64,000 nt of DNA, taken from positions 18,798,464-18,862,463 of the forward strand of contig NC_043011.1 of assembly GCF_006345805.1 (NCBI RefSeq), written 5' to 3'. Positions 39,469 through 52,075 of this stretch are shown in pieces (position 1 is the stretch's first letter; every line of letters starts with the position of its first letter). The DNA comes from Octopus sinensis. Lineage: Eukaryota. The notes beneath the pieces were generated by a model, which saw only the letters and a list, made by a program, of their open reading frames with translations, was not told where the DNA came from and searched no databases. The translations under genes and the position numbers were made by a program.

Positions 39469-40714
39469 TCACATACCACTATATCAATTCATTATAAACG
39501 CAATGTCAATATTTCCAGTCTGGTGATTTCTAACGTCTAAACGAATAAGTGTTTCAGAATGTCCTTGTAATTCTTCAAAATGAGATTCATGTGTAAATTT
39601 ATTAAGCACATTTAGAAGCAGGGTTTTCAAACTGCTTAGATACACTATACAAGAAACGTATAGTAAAAAGAATTACAGATTAACAAAACAAATTATACTT
39701 CATACCTCGGTAATTATTCAAACATTAAAACTACTTGCCAGATATATTAATGTCATACAGTTTCAATAAAGGAAGATCCAAAATAATTCTTTAGAATTAT
39801 AAGCTATGTTTTCTTAAATTTCAACCCTAATTCGTACAGAATATAACTAGTCCTTGCGTATGAACTATAATAACTTTCTCTTCAAATAGTCAATGATACA
39901 ACGTTTGCTCCCATTGTATAGGGAGAAACGTATACAATTTGTTTCCTGATTTTTTTTCTTATAATCATTTTATATATATTCAGGCATTACCTATTTGACA
40001 TGCTGGACACTTTTAGTCACTTGGGCTCATTTTATCGGCCCTAAATTTAGATACTTAGTTAGAAACATAAAACATCATGCGTCCTTCTTCCTTCGATTGC
40101 CATTTGCTTATCAAGTCTAAAAAGTAATCTTCTCAACATTCACCAACTAAGATGTCATTAACAGCGATTTACTACAAGCAGATGTTAGGGAACATGTTAA
40201 CAAAGCGCAAGATAAACTTGCTAATTTTATTCTAGCATGTTTTCAAGTCAATCAAAAAATGTTATAATGGTAATTTGCCAATGCATATATCAAAAGAGAA
40301 TTAAATTTACAGTTTATAAAATAAAATGCGTAGATATATTTATGTATAGTGAACAGCAATATACATTAAAATACATGTACAGTAAAAACATATAGCGACA
40401 CAGAACTAGAAAGGAAAACATACATACGTACATACATAGTACATATACACACTTACACTCAAACACACATACACACACGTAAATGTATATGAAAATTACT
40501 GATCGCGCATACAAAATATGTGCGCTTTGTTTACTTACCGAATTTGCAGCAGGGTAGCATTTTATTCATCTATGGTTAGATCCAGGTAAGTGGCGTTTAT
40601 AAGCCACAATAAAGAGGAAATAGCGGTAACTACCACCCTTGATACGATCCGAGGTGAGTTGTGTATGTGGGATCGATATTACTTACATTACTAGTGGTGT
40701 TTAATTAGGAATTT

Positions 40715-40802
40715 AATACATATACATATGTATATATATATATATATGTATATATATATACGTATATATATATATAAATATATATATAATATATATATGT
40801 AT

Positions 40803-40836
<34 letters not shown>

Positions 40837-41400
40837 ACGTATATATATATACGTATATATGTATATATATATATATATGTATGCATATGTATATATATAT
40901 ATGTATATATGTATATATATGTGTATATATATATGTATATATATATGTATATATATGTATATATATGTATATATATGTATATATATATATACATATATAT
41001 ATATAAACATATATACATATACATACATATATATACATATATATATATACATATATATGTATATATATATGTATATATATATATATATATCTATATATAT
41101 GTATGTATATGTATATATATATATGTATATATATGTATGTATACATATGTGTGTGTATGTATATGTATGTATATGTTTATGTATGTATATGTATATACAT
41201 GTATGTATATATATGTATATATATATATATGTATATATATGTATATGTATATATATGTATATGTATATATATATTTATATATATGTATATATATGTATGT
41301 ATATATGTATATATATATGTATATGTTTATATATATATATGTATATATATGTATATGTATATATATATGTATATGTATATATATATGTATATATATATAA
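40715..41400. repeat. cryptic TA/TATATG microsatellite, about 700 bp
   Basis: Direct reading; source of the long IY/MY ORFs. Confidence 0.95.
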
Positions 41401-41527
41401 ATACCAGCGTGTTTAGTACACAAAGCCCCAAGGTATAAATATACATATATATATATCAGGTGGTGCTATTAAGTTAGACATGGCCTGGACCAAACTTGGT
41501 CGAAACATATCTAACTTTATCTAAGTG

Positions 41528-41599
<72 letters not shown>

Positions 41600-41612
<13 letters not shown>

Positions 41613-42060
41613 AAATACAGAAAAAATTTTGATTGCTAAAGAGGATTACATCAGAGAATTTATTTGATAATTTTTATCTATAAAATTTTAGAATGAATTA
41701 TGACTCCCTTATGCACAATTTACACTTATGAATATTTAGACTAAAAGGAGAGATCACCGAAATAATGGAGCACTCCAGATTGTAACTCCGATTCTTTCTC
41801 TTCAAGTCGTGTATGTACGAGACAAGCGTGGTAAAGTTACAATATTTTGCGTTCGAGAACCCATTTATGTGGGACCAATGTGTTCTTTTAATATTAACAG
41901 TTCTCCCAATGTATATTTTACCTGGGTAAATGTCTCTTTTAAATACACATTTATAAACTACATTTGTTCTTAAGTAGAAAACAGCAAGGGGACATGAATT
42001 AGGATTTCTAAAGTGACAGGTGTTCCCAGGTACACCCATTATCATTAATATTGTAATTAA
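41600..42060 (-). mobile_element. Penelope-like GIY-YIG endonuclease fragment (second family)
   Basis: CPLAVFYLRTNVVYKC...KIYIGRT...HINGF...TTLVSYIHDLK...CKLCIRE matches the PLE CPLxGxCL..VVY..YIGxT..LSxYIWxLK..CxLC pattern. Confidence 0.85.
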
Positions 42061-42165
42061 TATTATTAACCTGGTTTCCTGTCTTACTCGGTTTTACTTG
42101 AGCAGTCCCCTCTGCAGCATTATACTAAATCTATTTTGCGATTCCTATAAGGTGAAACGGAATAT

Positions 42166-42252
<87 letters not shown>

Positions 42253-43254
42253 AGTTATGTGCTGGCTTTGATGAGGAGTGTTATTGACCTTGGAACTTGT
42301 ATCTTCCAAATTAATACTTTAATATATATAATTATCCTATATGTATGTGCGTATATGTATATTTTCATGGATTTCATCGTTTTCTTTTGTAAATGCGTCT
42401 TTATGCATTTATGTGTTTACGTACTAAAGTTTGAAATGCAAGAATATTTAGAGAAATAAACCAGACGATAAAACAAATTCTTTTAGTAATATTCCATGAA
42501 AAGTATCATTGTATATGTAAATACTTGAAAATAATCTGAAAAGAATGTAATAACTGCATAGGATGAAGAAAACATTGGCCAAAATATGAGTAACTTCAAA
42601 AAGAGTTTTACAACAATGATTCAAATGCGTTTACCTATGCTCTGTTATTTCATTTCCGTTCATCTAATTTTGTATCGAAGATATTTTTATCTCATTCTAA
42701 ATATATTGTGTAGCAACTCACTTTACAAACATATGATATCAACATACGTGGCTTAGAGAAATGGTTTGAACTCCTAATACATGAGATGTAGCAATGACTG
42801 AATTCAACTACCCATATATATATATATACGTGAGGACTGCGGGGGGAAAATATACATTGACGAAAAATGAAAACCATATTTGGGATTTGAACATCACAGT
42901 GGAATTGTCTACATTACTGCAAGAATATATATTTATTATATATTTATGTATTTATGTATACATTCTATTATGCAGAAGAACTCTATATAAGTGAAGGGAT
43001 TCTCAACGGACCGGAATTGACCAGAACCAAATAGCTTAGTTTGCAGAGACGACGAACAATACAAGAACTTACGAATCTAAACATTGGATAATAATGAATA
43101 TTTCTTCAGAAACTTTTCAGGAAGATGTTCCATGGCATAGTAAGTTTATTTGTGTATGATTTATTAGGAGATTCGCAAACTTGAGAACTTATAGCAAAAT
43201 ACTAAGAATCCCTACACTAGCGTAATATGATTTTCAAATTTTAGCAGAAGGCCA

Positions 43255-43410
43255 GTAAGTTCGGGAGAGATGGGACATCTATCCCAGTTTTGAATTGTTA
43301 CTTATTATACCGAAACCGAAATGATTGAAGGCAAATTCAACCTCGGCGCATTTGGAGCTCAGAACACGATGACAGATAAAATGCTGATAATCATTATGGC
43401 TGGTCTGCTA
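43255..43410 (-). mobile_element. SINE family B, degenerate
   Basis: GAAGGCAAATTCAACCTCGGCGCATTTGGAGCTCAGAAC similar to 46255-46290. Confidence 0.6.
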
Positions 43411-45789
43411 ACGTCTATGCACACGTAATATCAATTCATTTCGCCTCCGTATGTAAAATGGTAATATATTGCATAATTATAATTTGATTTGTATAAAATT
43501 AATTATAATAGGAAGGGTACACGTACAAACTTATACGTCATGTGAATTGTATCACTATAGCATACAACTTAAGCCCGTAATTCTTGAAGACTTCTAATCA
43601 GGTGCGCCAAGCATAATCAGCTAAACCGCCGCCAAACAAATATTAGTAATGATTATAGTACCGGAGTAATTTAATATGTTGCTATGAATACAATTATTAA
43701 AATGTTTTTGTATTACTAACATATTGCATATTTTGTGCATCTAGGGGTCAATCAGAAATTGTATAATAATGAACTTCAGTCACCGAAAGAAGATAAACAT
43801 TGTTATGTTTGCGTTCGTGTAGCCTTCTCATGATAAACATTCAGTATTTCATTAAAAATATTAATAATAAAGATTACGTAATTCTCAATACTTAAGTGAT
43901 GTTATGATAAGCAATCAAAGACCTTGAATATATAGCAGAAAATCAGTTGTCCACGAACAAAGTTTGAGAATCATGTATGTAATTTGTATTAGCGTTCCAG
44001 TTACTTCGTAAAAGATTCACCTTCTGATATTTGATTAATGAAACTTCATTTAATTATAACCATCAAATTGAGTTAAGGTGAGTACGGCATTAAAGCACGT
44101 AACATATAATCTTTATAATGCCCATTTGTGATATATAACTGGACAATTTTATTATGAATATATAACGATATCGGAGAGAAAATAACATTGCTTCAGTATA
44201 AATAATGCAACTGAAATATATTTTATTGTAAGTTAATTGATGACATCGGGGAATTGATGACATAGGGGAACCAGAAAGACATACTCCCGAAGCTTGGAAT
44301 AATATATAGATTATACAAAACAACATATCATTTTTCAAAGGAATGTCAATTAAAGACCACATGCAATCTTTTTACAATTAGCACCTAATCGATAATAGGC
44401 ATTATAATAATATTCATTTTCAGAATCAAATAATATTCATTTTCATAATCGTGCATATTAAAGATTATTGCTTATAATGCAATATTCTTTACTACAATTT
44501 ATTCATACTACTTCAATTATAGCAAGGCGATCTAGGGAATGTTGGACTGTAGAAGTTCTCCAAACAAGAAGTATCTCATCGTGCAACTTATTCTTGCCTT
44601 AGATTCTAAAACCTGCATGAGGAGCACTTTGTGTTTGAAGATCTCCTACTCTTCGCATCTGTCGAGACTTTTTTTTATATATTAGTGACTTTCAGTAACC
44701 TAAAAATCGGTTTGTATATATTTTATGTAACGAAAAATTTGATTTTGTTTGGAAAAACAAATGCAACATTGTATATTCGTTATATATTTCCAATAATTTC
44801 TAGGAGAAATGGTCGATACTTTTCTACTCTGACCACCAATATGTACCTGGAAAGTTGATAATCCTTACTCATTTCCTTTATAATTACATTTATAAGCGCA
44901 TTTGCTATCTTTTTAAAACTATATTACACGCAAAACACATTCCTGCTATATGATTTCATTAATGTCTCCATTCCATGCATTAGGTTGTAAAATAATAATT
45001 ACAATTCCTCGATCACATCTTTTCTTTTTGTATATACTTTGCACTTTAATTTCGATGATTTTAGATTTAATAGAGGAACTCGACAATATTTTGATCAACT
45101 TTAAACAAGCAAGTTGTACAATAGTGAAAGATCTCTGTCTTTTCATGTTGTCAATATGATTAATCAGGTGCATGTTAAAGTATAGTTTAAACACTGTTAC
45201 ATTTTTTTCATCCGCATTTAAAGATTACTATTTCCAATCTTGTATATTCTATCCCTCTTTTGCCGCTGAAATCACAAACCATTATCATGGTAATTAATCA
45301 TTGATTTGGCATAGAACTAATTCTTTTTTAACACATTATCTGTCAATTCCTGCTGGTCCGATCTAATTAATCATGGTGACAAAACAGCGTTCACATAATC
45401 CTCTATTTTTTAGACCGACATGGAACAAAAATGCCAGCTGCTAACACGCTGAAATATAATCACATATTGACTTTTGTCGTCCTATCTCATATGAAAACAA
45501 ATATGATACAGTTTGTTTCTATACATGCAATCTCAATTGATTCTTAATACAGTATTCTTCCTACTTCAATGAAAATCAGGGATTTTGCTGTGTTAACAAA
45601 TTGATATTTCGAATAAACTTCTCCAATTTATGTAATAAACATCATTTCATGGTAATATATGGATTAGAAATAATTTTCTATTGTTTTATGATTGAGTGGA
45701 TCCATAGTATGTTCTACAATGAGAGAGAGGCAGCAACTCATAAAAATCTGTATCGTGGTGCAGAATCATGAAATTCTTTTCTATTCTAG

Positions 45790-46342
45790 GCACAATGCCC
45801 GGAATTTTGGGGCAGGTGACCAGTCGATTAGATCGACCCGAGTATGTAACTGGTACTTAATTTATCGACCCCGAAAGGATAATGGCAGAGTCATTTGAAC
45901 TCAGAACATAATTATAACTCAGAACGTAAAAACAGACGAAATACCTATTTCTTTACTACCCACAAGGGACTACACACAGAGAGTACAAACAAAGACAGAC
46001 AAACGAATTAAGTCGATTATGTCGACCCCAGTGCGTAACTGGTACTTATTTAATCGAACCCGAATATATGAAAGCAAAGTCGACCTCGGCGGAATTTGAA
46101 CTCAGAGCGTAGCGGTAGATGAAATACCTATTTCTTTGCTACCCACAAGGGGCTAAACACAGAGAGGACAAACAAGGATATACAAACGGATTAAGTCGTT
46201 TACATCGACCCCAGTGCATAACTGGTACTTAATTTATCGACCCCGAAAGGATGAAAGGCAAAGTCGACCTCGGCGGAATTTGAACTCAGAACGTACGGCA
46301 GACGAAATATGGCTACGCATTTCGCCCGACGTGCTAAAGTTT
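45790..46342 (-). mobile_element. SINE family B: one tRNA-like head plus three tandem body units
   Basis: Head GGCGAGCTTGGCTGAAACTTTAGC...GAGTTCAAATTCC, then a roughly 190-bp unit repeated; the core GCCTTTCATCCTTTCGGGGTCGATAAATTAAGTACC resembles a conserved SINE central domain (Meta-type, recalled). Confidence 0.85.
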
Positions 46343-49300
46343 CAGCCAAGCTCGCCGCCTTAGTGTTATAAAATTCGTGCAAACGTAAGTATAGAGCTAC
46401 ACACGTATATATTTTGACTCGCAACTCGATTTTGCATATCATAATTGTCATATCAAAATAAACACCAAACTGCGAATAAATCGTATTGGGGTATTCTATG
46501 ATGCAGGCAATTAATAAATCATTAATCAATACTCATCTTTATGCTGTGTACAAACTTGTGATTACAACTGAGTTCATTGTCTTTCTTTTGAAAACAATGT
46601 TATGTCTGGGCTAGTGTAGTCTATGTTGAAGTAAGCATGTTTCTTCAAGCAATCCAGAAAAATATCTGAAACCAGAAATTTTGAGAGTTTTATGGATGTT
46701 CTCAAGCTATAGGCTTCTGAGTTTGTACGACGAGGAGCGTGAACCGCTGAACTAATTTAATTTTTCAGTGCTTTATAGCATTGCATTTTCGGAAATTCAT
46801 AAATATCTTGTGTACGTGCTCTAAACAAGGTGTTGGTTAAATAAAATTGGTAATGAGTCATGCATTTTTTTGATACCTATTTCAAGTGTATTTAGAGAAA
46901 TTTGACATCTGATACATTGTAGGGAAATGACAGTATAACTTAGTACAGCACTTCTATCCATGGAATATTTGGGTGCACATTCGATGATTCTTTTTCAGTT
47001 GTCTTCTTTCGCACTTCATTTCTGCAACACAATCTCAAGTATATTTGTTGAGAATTCGAAATGCATAGCTTCCTCGGTTTGGGAATTATGCCAGTAATTC
47101 CGTTCAAATGTATAATCTGAAAACGAATGTTACTTTCAAAGATAATGCTTGTATGTATCCGTAATTTGTAAATGTTTAAAATTTTAATTGAGATGCTGAT
47201 AATGCAAATAATGCTTCCTATGTATCTATCGCCTGAAACAAACACTGAAATACACACGCACGAATGTATAATGGTTCAAGAAGGCCAGGATTAAGACATT
47301 TACAAATCACGACATGTCCAAGTCACGAGAGGTCCCCTGCTTTTACGACGATCGAAATGTCAGCTTCGGAGAACCATTATCTCGTATTACAGTCCTCAGC
47401 TTTGCATCAGTGATCAATTTCTCGTCACAATTTCATAAGAATACAACAATTACGCTATGCGCATTAGTAACAGCTTGAGAAACTCTGTGATCTTTAATCT
47501 GTCATACACATTGGTAAGGATTTTCTAGTCATCAACGTCATTGATTGTTGTCTGCAGACCATCTCCGCCATTTTCCCCCGTATCTCGTTCGTTGACTTCT
47601 AGAACCGCTGAGTTGGGTTCGTCCATCAACGCCTCAGTGTCACAATCAGAATCGACGTTGTACTAATTCGAGTGGAGAGACATATAGTGTGAAACAGCGA
47701 TGTAAACAAAAATGGTGACTGCATTGTTCGGTGGAAATAGGAATAATTCCTCATCTTTTGTCCGCGCCTTACTTTCACCAGTCAAATCTGATCTTGGAAA
47801 AGAAAATACGGTGGATATTCTGTACCTTGTCACTGAAGAGGCGAACATCGTTGGTGTGTTCAAATTCGCCCTCCTCACATAAAACTCCTAGTATTTGGCA
47901 TTAAAAAGCATCATTGACTATGCAGTGCAGAGACCAATTGCAAGCCCATCGTAGCTCATGTGTTAATATATTCTACATATTTATTTCGAAAGAATTCTCA
48001 CAAACTCCTTACCTGAAAATTACATAACATTTTATAGGGATTCGCAATAGAATAAATATTTAAGTAATTATTCTATAATGAGAAGATTCCGCTTTAAAGA
48101 GCAGCGTAGATACTATTCCAGTGTGAGCGAATTAATGCCGTATCTACCTATGTCACTTTGGAGTGATACTGGAATTTCAACTCTATTATTAAAGAGTTTC
48201 TCTTAAACGGCTATGTTCTATTAAACGCATTATAAAGAGAAAATACCGTATGGGCAACCACTAAACATTTGTTTGTGGTTTAGATTTCAGCACTGAATTT
48301 TGAGGCACTCAACAATCTAAGGACATTGAACAAAAATATTTTTAAAATTATTTATCCGAGTGCAGCATTAAGAACATTGCCTATTATTGGTTGTAAATGT
48401 TAACATCACGTGAAGTGAAGCTTTCGTTTCACATTGTTAACCGTAATATTTCCCCTTCAATTATTTGACGTATAATGAAAGATCTTTCAATGAACGCTGC
48501 ATGATATATCCATTTGATGGAGCAACGTAGTATGGTTTACATTAATTTTGCCAACTTGAATAACAATATCAATTATGTTATTATCAACGCATGTGTATTT
48601 ATCAGTGAAAGTTAAAATAGAAATCTAATAAAGAATGTGATACTGCTTCATTGAATTTGTTTAAATATTCATAAAATTTTCGTAATTGATTTTAAAGTAT
48701 GAAGTCCACAGTCTTAAAATATAGTATTTATACGTCTTACAAACCATTGTTAACATTAATTGAAGGTGAATAGCCGCAAATTCAAATGGAGCTCATGATT
48801 GAAATACAACTTACTGTGAATACACTTTGCATATGTTTAAACTGCATCTCTAGACAAGTATAATTTATTGGTAATACTACAGTAACCACATAAATGACAA
48901 TGCGCTTTGGTACTTCCTGGCCGGAACACTATATCGTAGACAAAAATACATGACTGATTTTCTCTGACCCAGCATAAAGCCTGGATTTTCCTGTCGCTAA
49001 AAACCAACTACTGGCAAATACCGAGATTTGCCTCGCAATTATAACCCCGAAGTCAAACGGGATAGGTTAATGGACATGAAGAAATAATGTTACCGTGTTG
49101 CAAACAGGAATACAATCATTAAATACTAAGGGACGAATAGCCTTACTAGAAAATATTTGCTGAAGAATTAGACTATCAACCAACTAACAAGATGAATTCA
49201 AGCCACGCTGATTTGGGGGTAAATACATACTGTCAGCTTCTCACTCTCAATGAAGAAGAGTTCCCAAATCTTACGAAATGTTCTGACCAAGCTGTTGAAT

Positions 49301-49489
49301 GGAAAGTGCAAATTACTTTCTGATTGTCATAGGACACGCTACTCTATCTTAATTGTCCATTGGTTGCTTTGCTAAACCCAAAAAGTATGTGGATGTGTGT
49401 GGGGGTGTCTTGGTGGAAATGTAGTACTCGAATACCAAAGGTAGAGTAATTATTTTTTTTTATTAAAGCTGCAAAATTATTATCACAGA

Positions 49490-49523
49490 ATTGTTATTCA
49501 GAATTTCCCGTTCGTTGGACAGT
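49490..49523 (-). ncRNA. possible decayed stem-II-less hammerhead-like motif
   Basis: ACUGU-CCAACGA-ACGG-GAA-AUUC(U)GAAU-A-ACAAU; core deviates at positions 4 and 5. Confidence 0.3.
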
Positions 49524-49599
49524 TGTCATCAATACCGCATTAAAATCGCTGTTGTATATTTGTATATGTATTCTATCTATCTATCTATCAATCTATCAA

Positions 49600-49692
<93 letters not shown>

Positions 49693-50191
49693 TATGCATG
49701 TATATATATCCGTTTCAAAAATTCTAATTTTGAAAAGAAGTTTACACAAACACACACATACATGTATATTCCTTAAAATATATATATATATCTGTGTGTG
49801 TGTGTGCATTATACATTTGTGAAAGTACTCGCGTATACACGCATTAGTATCGGTGGTCTTTCTAAATTCCCTCTGCTGCAATACTCTTAAATTATAGACA
49901 TTAATTATATACTTACGATTTTAGGAGGTATATACTAAATTAACCAGTAACCATTATGTATATGTAATATCAAGTGTAAAATGTCCGTATGTCTCATCTC
50001 GTTTAGAAACACGGTGATATTCTCTCTTCTACTTCATATGACAAAAACAATTTATTGACGATGCAATTCGTAGATGAAAACTAGACATTAAAAGTCCGGA
50101 ATCAATAAAGTATTTCAATACTGCACAAATTGAATGAACGTTATAAACTAAAGCTAGTAAAATTTAATTGAGATTCGAAAACAATCCCATT

Positions 50192-50909
50192 TAATATACA
50201 TATGCTGCGGTCGATATAGATATCTGATCAATTAATTAAAAGATGAATCACATAAACTACGAAATTTCAACAGTATATTATATATATTTTCCAATAAATT
50301 ACTGGAAAAAATTACATTAACATTTGACTCGATAAAGTTAAGAGCAGAGAAAATAATTAATTTATTGTAAAGCTACAAATAATCACTATGACTAACGCCA
50401 TGGTAACATTATTATATGTGAACACATATTTATAATTACATAATATATACTAAAGTTGTTTGTATGTTGTTATTGCTCTATATTTACTCTTTTTCGGTAA
50501 CGAGTAGCAAATCTATTTACGCACAAGTATTGCAATACGACATATCTGAACGTGAGAGAAAGTTTGCTAGTCGACATTAAGAATAATATTTCTTCGCGTC
50601 TTATGTTATAGATAACGATGAACACGCTACTAACCAGTCAACCGCAAAACAGTGTTGCAGTGCATTCCCAAAAGATTTGTGATGTATTCACTGTTACTTG
50701 TGATGTTTTCAGAAATGTGCATACATTTTGAATTCTCTTCGAAATCCCTGTCGCAAAATATAGCCTTAATTCTGTGTAATATTAATTACTTAGTGTAATA
50801 TACATATGCTGCGTTCGATATTTATATCTGATCAATGGATTAAAAGATGAGTCATATAAACTACGAAATTTCAACAGTATATTATATATATATATCAATA
50901 AATTACTGG
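50192..50909. repeat. about 114-bp direct repeats (50192-50305 and 50796-50909)
   Basis: TAATATACATATGCTGCG...ATAAACTACGAAATTTCAACAGTATATTATATATA...CAATAAATTACTGG in both, with scattered substitutions. Confidence 0.85.
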
Positions 50910-52045
50910 TATATTATATGGTTTGTCATCTAATAATTTTGCATAATTTTTTGTAGTAACTTATAGATCCGTTTATTTTTCTGTTCTGTGACTTCGGCTA
51001 TGGGTGTGTCACTGACTATGCAGCTGTTGAAGTTTTTCATTTGTACATTTTGTGCATGTTGTTCTGGCGGTTTCTGTGAGTGAGATTCGGTTTCGATTAT
51101 CGTGAGAGAAATGTAGTACTGCTGGTGGTGTCGTCTTTTATGGCGATGACGATGGTTGTGGTAACATCTTTGGTAGTTGTGGTATTCCTACTGCGGGTAT
51201 TGGAGGTAGTGGTGCTGTTTATGTTGGTGGTGTTCTAATTGCTGGAAGACGTATTGCCTTTAGTATTTTCTCCTGCCAGCATTCTGTGAAGTGACTAACT
51301 GTAGGATGTTTCCTTTTCATTTCTTATGGGGATCTTCCCCTACGATTCTTTTCTACCTGCATTTACTGCAGTATATATTCCAGAAAGCAGGCTTTGTGAT
51401 GTATATGTATCTTATGTGTCTCTGTTGATTTTTAGAAGTTTTGTTGTTGATGTTCTGGTTGATCTACGACTTCTGTGTCCGTCGGATGCTTCAACAGTCT
51501 TTTTTTTTGTTTTCTGCTTTTAACTTTCGCCTAAGTACATATCTTAGAATGTATTTTTATTCTCATTTTTGCTTGTTATATATCAACACGTGACACTCAT
51601 TGTGTCATATCAAAGTCATCATATCCATGCTATATAGCCATTCCCCTTAATTCTGCTTTATTTGCCAGCAATACACGTATTCATTGACTTACATTTTCAA
51701 TGCCAACATTTCGCCGTCCACGCCAGACACGCGCTCTCCTGATGAAACACTATAATTGTTTACTACATTCCTCTTTATTTCGCCAATTCCCATGCCTGTT
51801 AATAACCTCCCTTTTGTTTTTATTCTTCTTGCCTAACCGGCAAACATTGTTCGCTTATTATATAGAGGTCTATGTCATCCCATGTTGATTTTATGCACTT
51901 TGAGAAAATCTCTCCAACTGGATTTACTTATAATCCATCTCCCAATTACACGTTGGTTCAACTGTTTATCCAATCTGTTTCCTTGCTTTGAATTTGAGTT
52001 TGAGAAGACTCTAGATTACGACCGAGCCTTCGCTGCTCAACTCAC

Positions 52046-52075
52046 CTCTGAGATTGGCGACGGATTGGGAATGAT
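52046..52075 (-). CDS. candidate 30-nt microexon of an unknown host gene
   Basis: TTTATATTTTCCCTCTATCTAG|ATCATTCCCAATCCGTCGCCAATCTCAGAG|GTGAGT: strong acceptor and donor, frame-preserving, open in all three frames. Confidence 0.35.

Noticed and set aside
40691-41438. Longest ORFs in the track (IY/MY repeats)
   Set aside because: TA/TATG microsatellite lacking stop codons; the same applies to similar ORFs throughout the window
45790-46342. CRISPR-like repeat array
   Set aside because: Units are about 190-bp SINE bodies without unique spacers; eukaryotic context with no cas genes
51730-51775. CTGATGA as a hammerhead core
   Set aside because: No correctly placed GAAA, stem III or stem I
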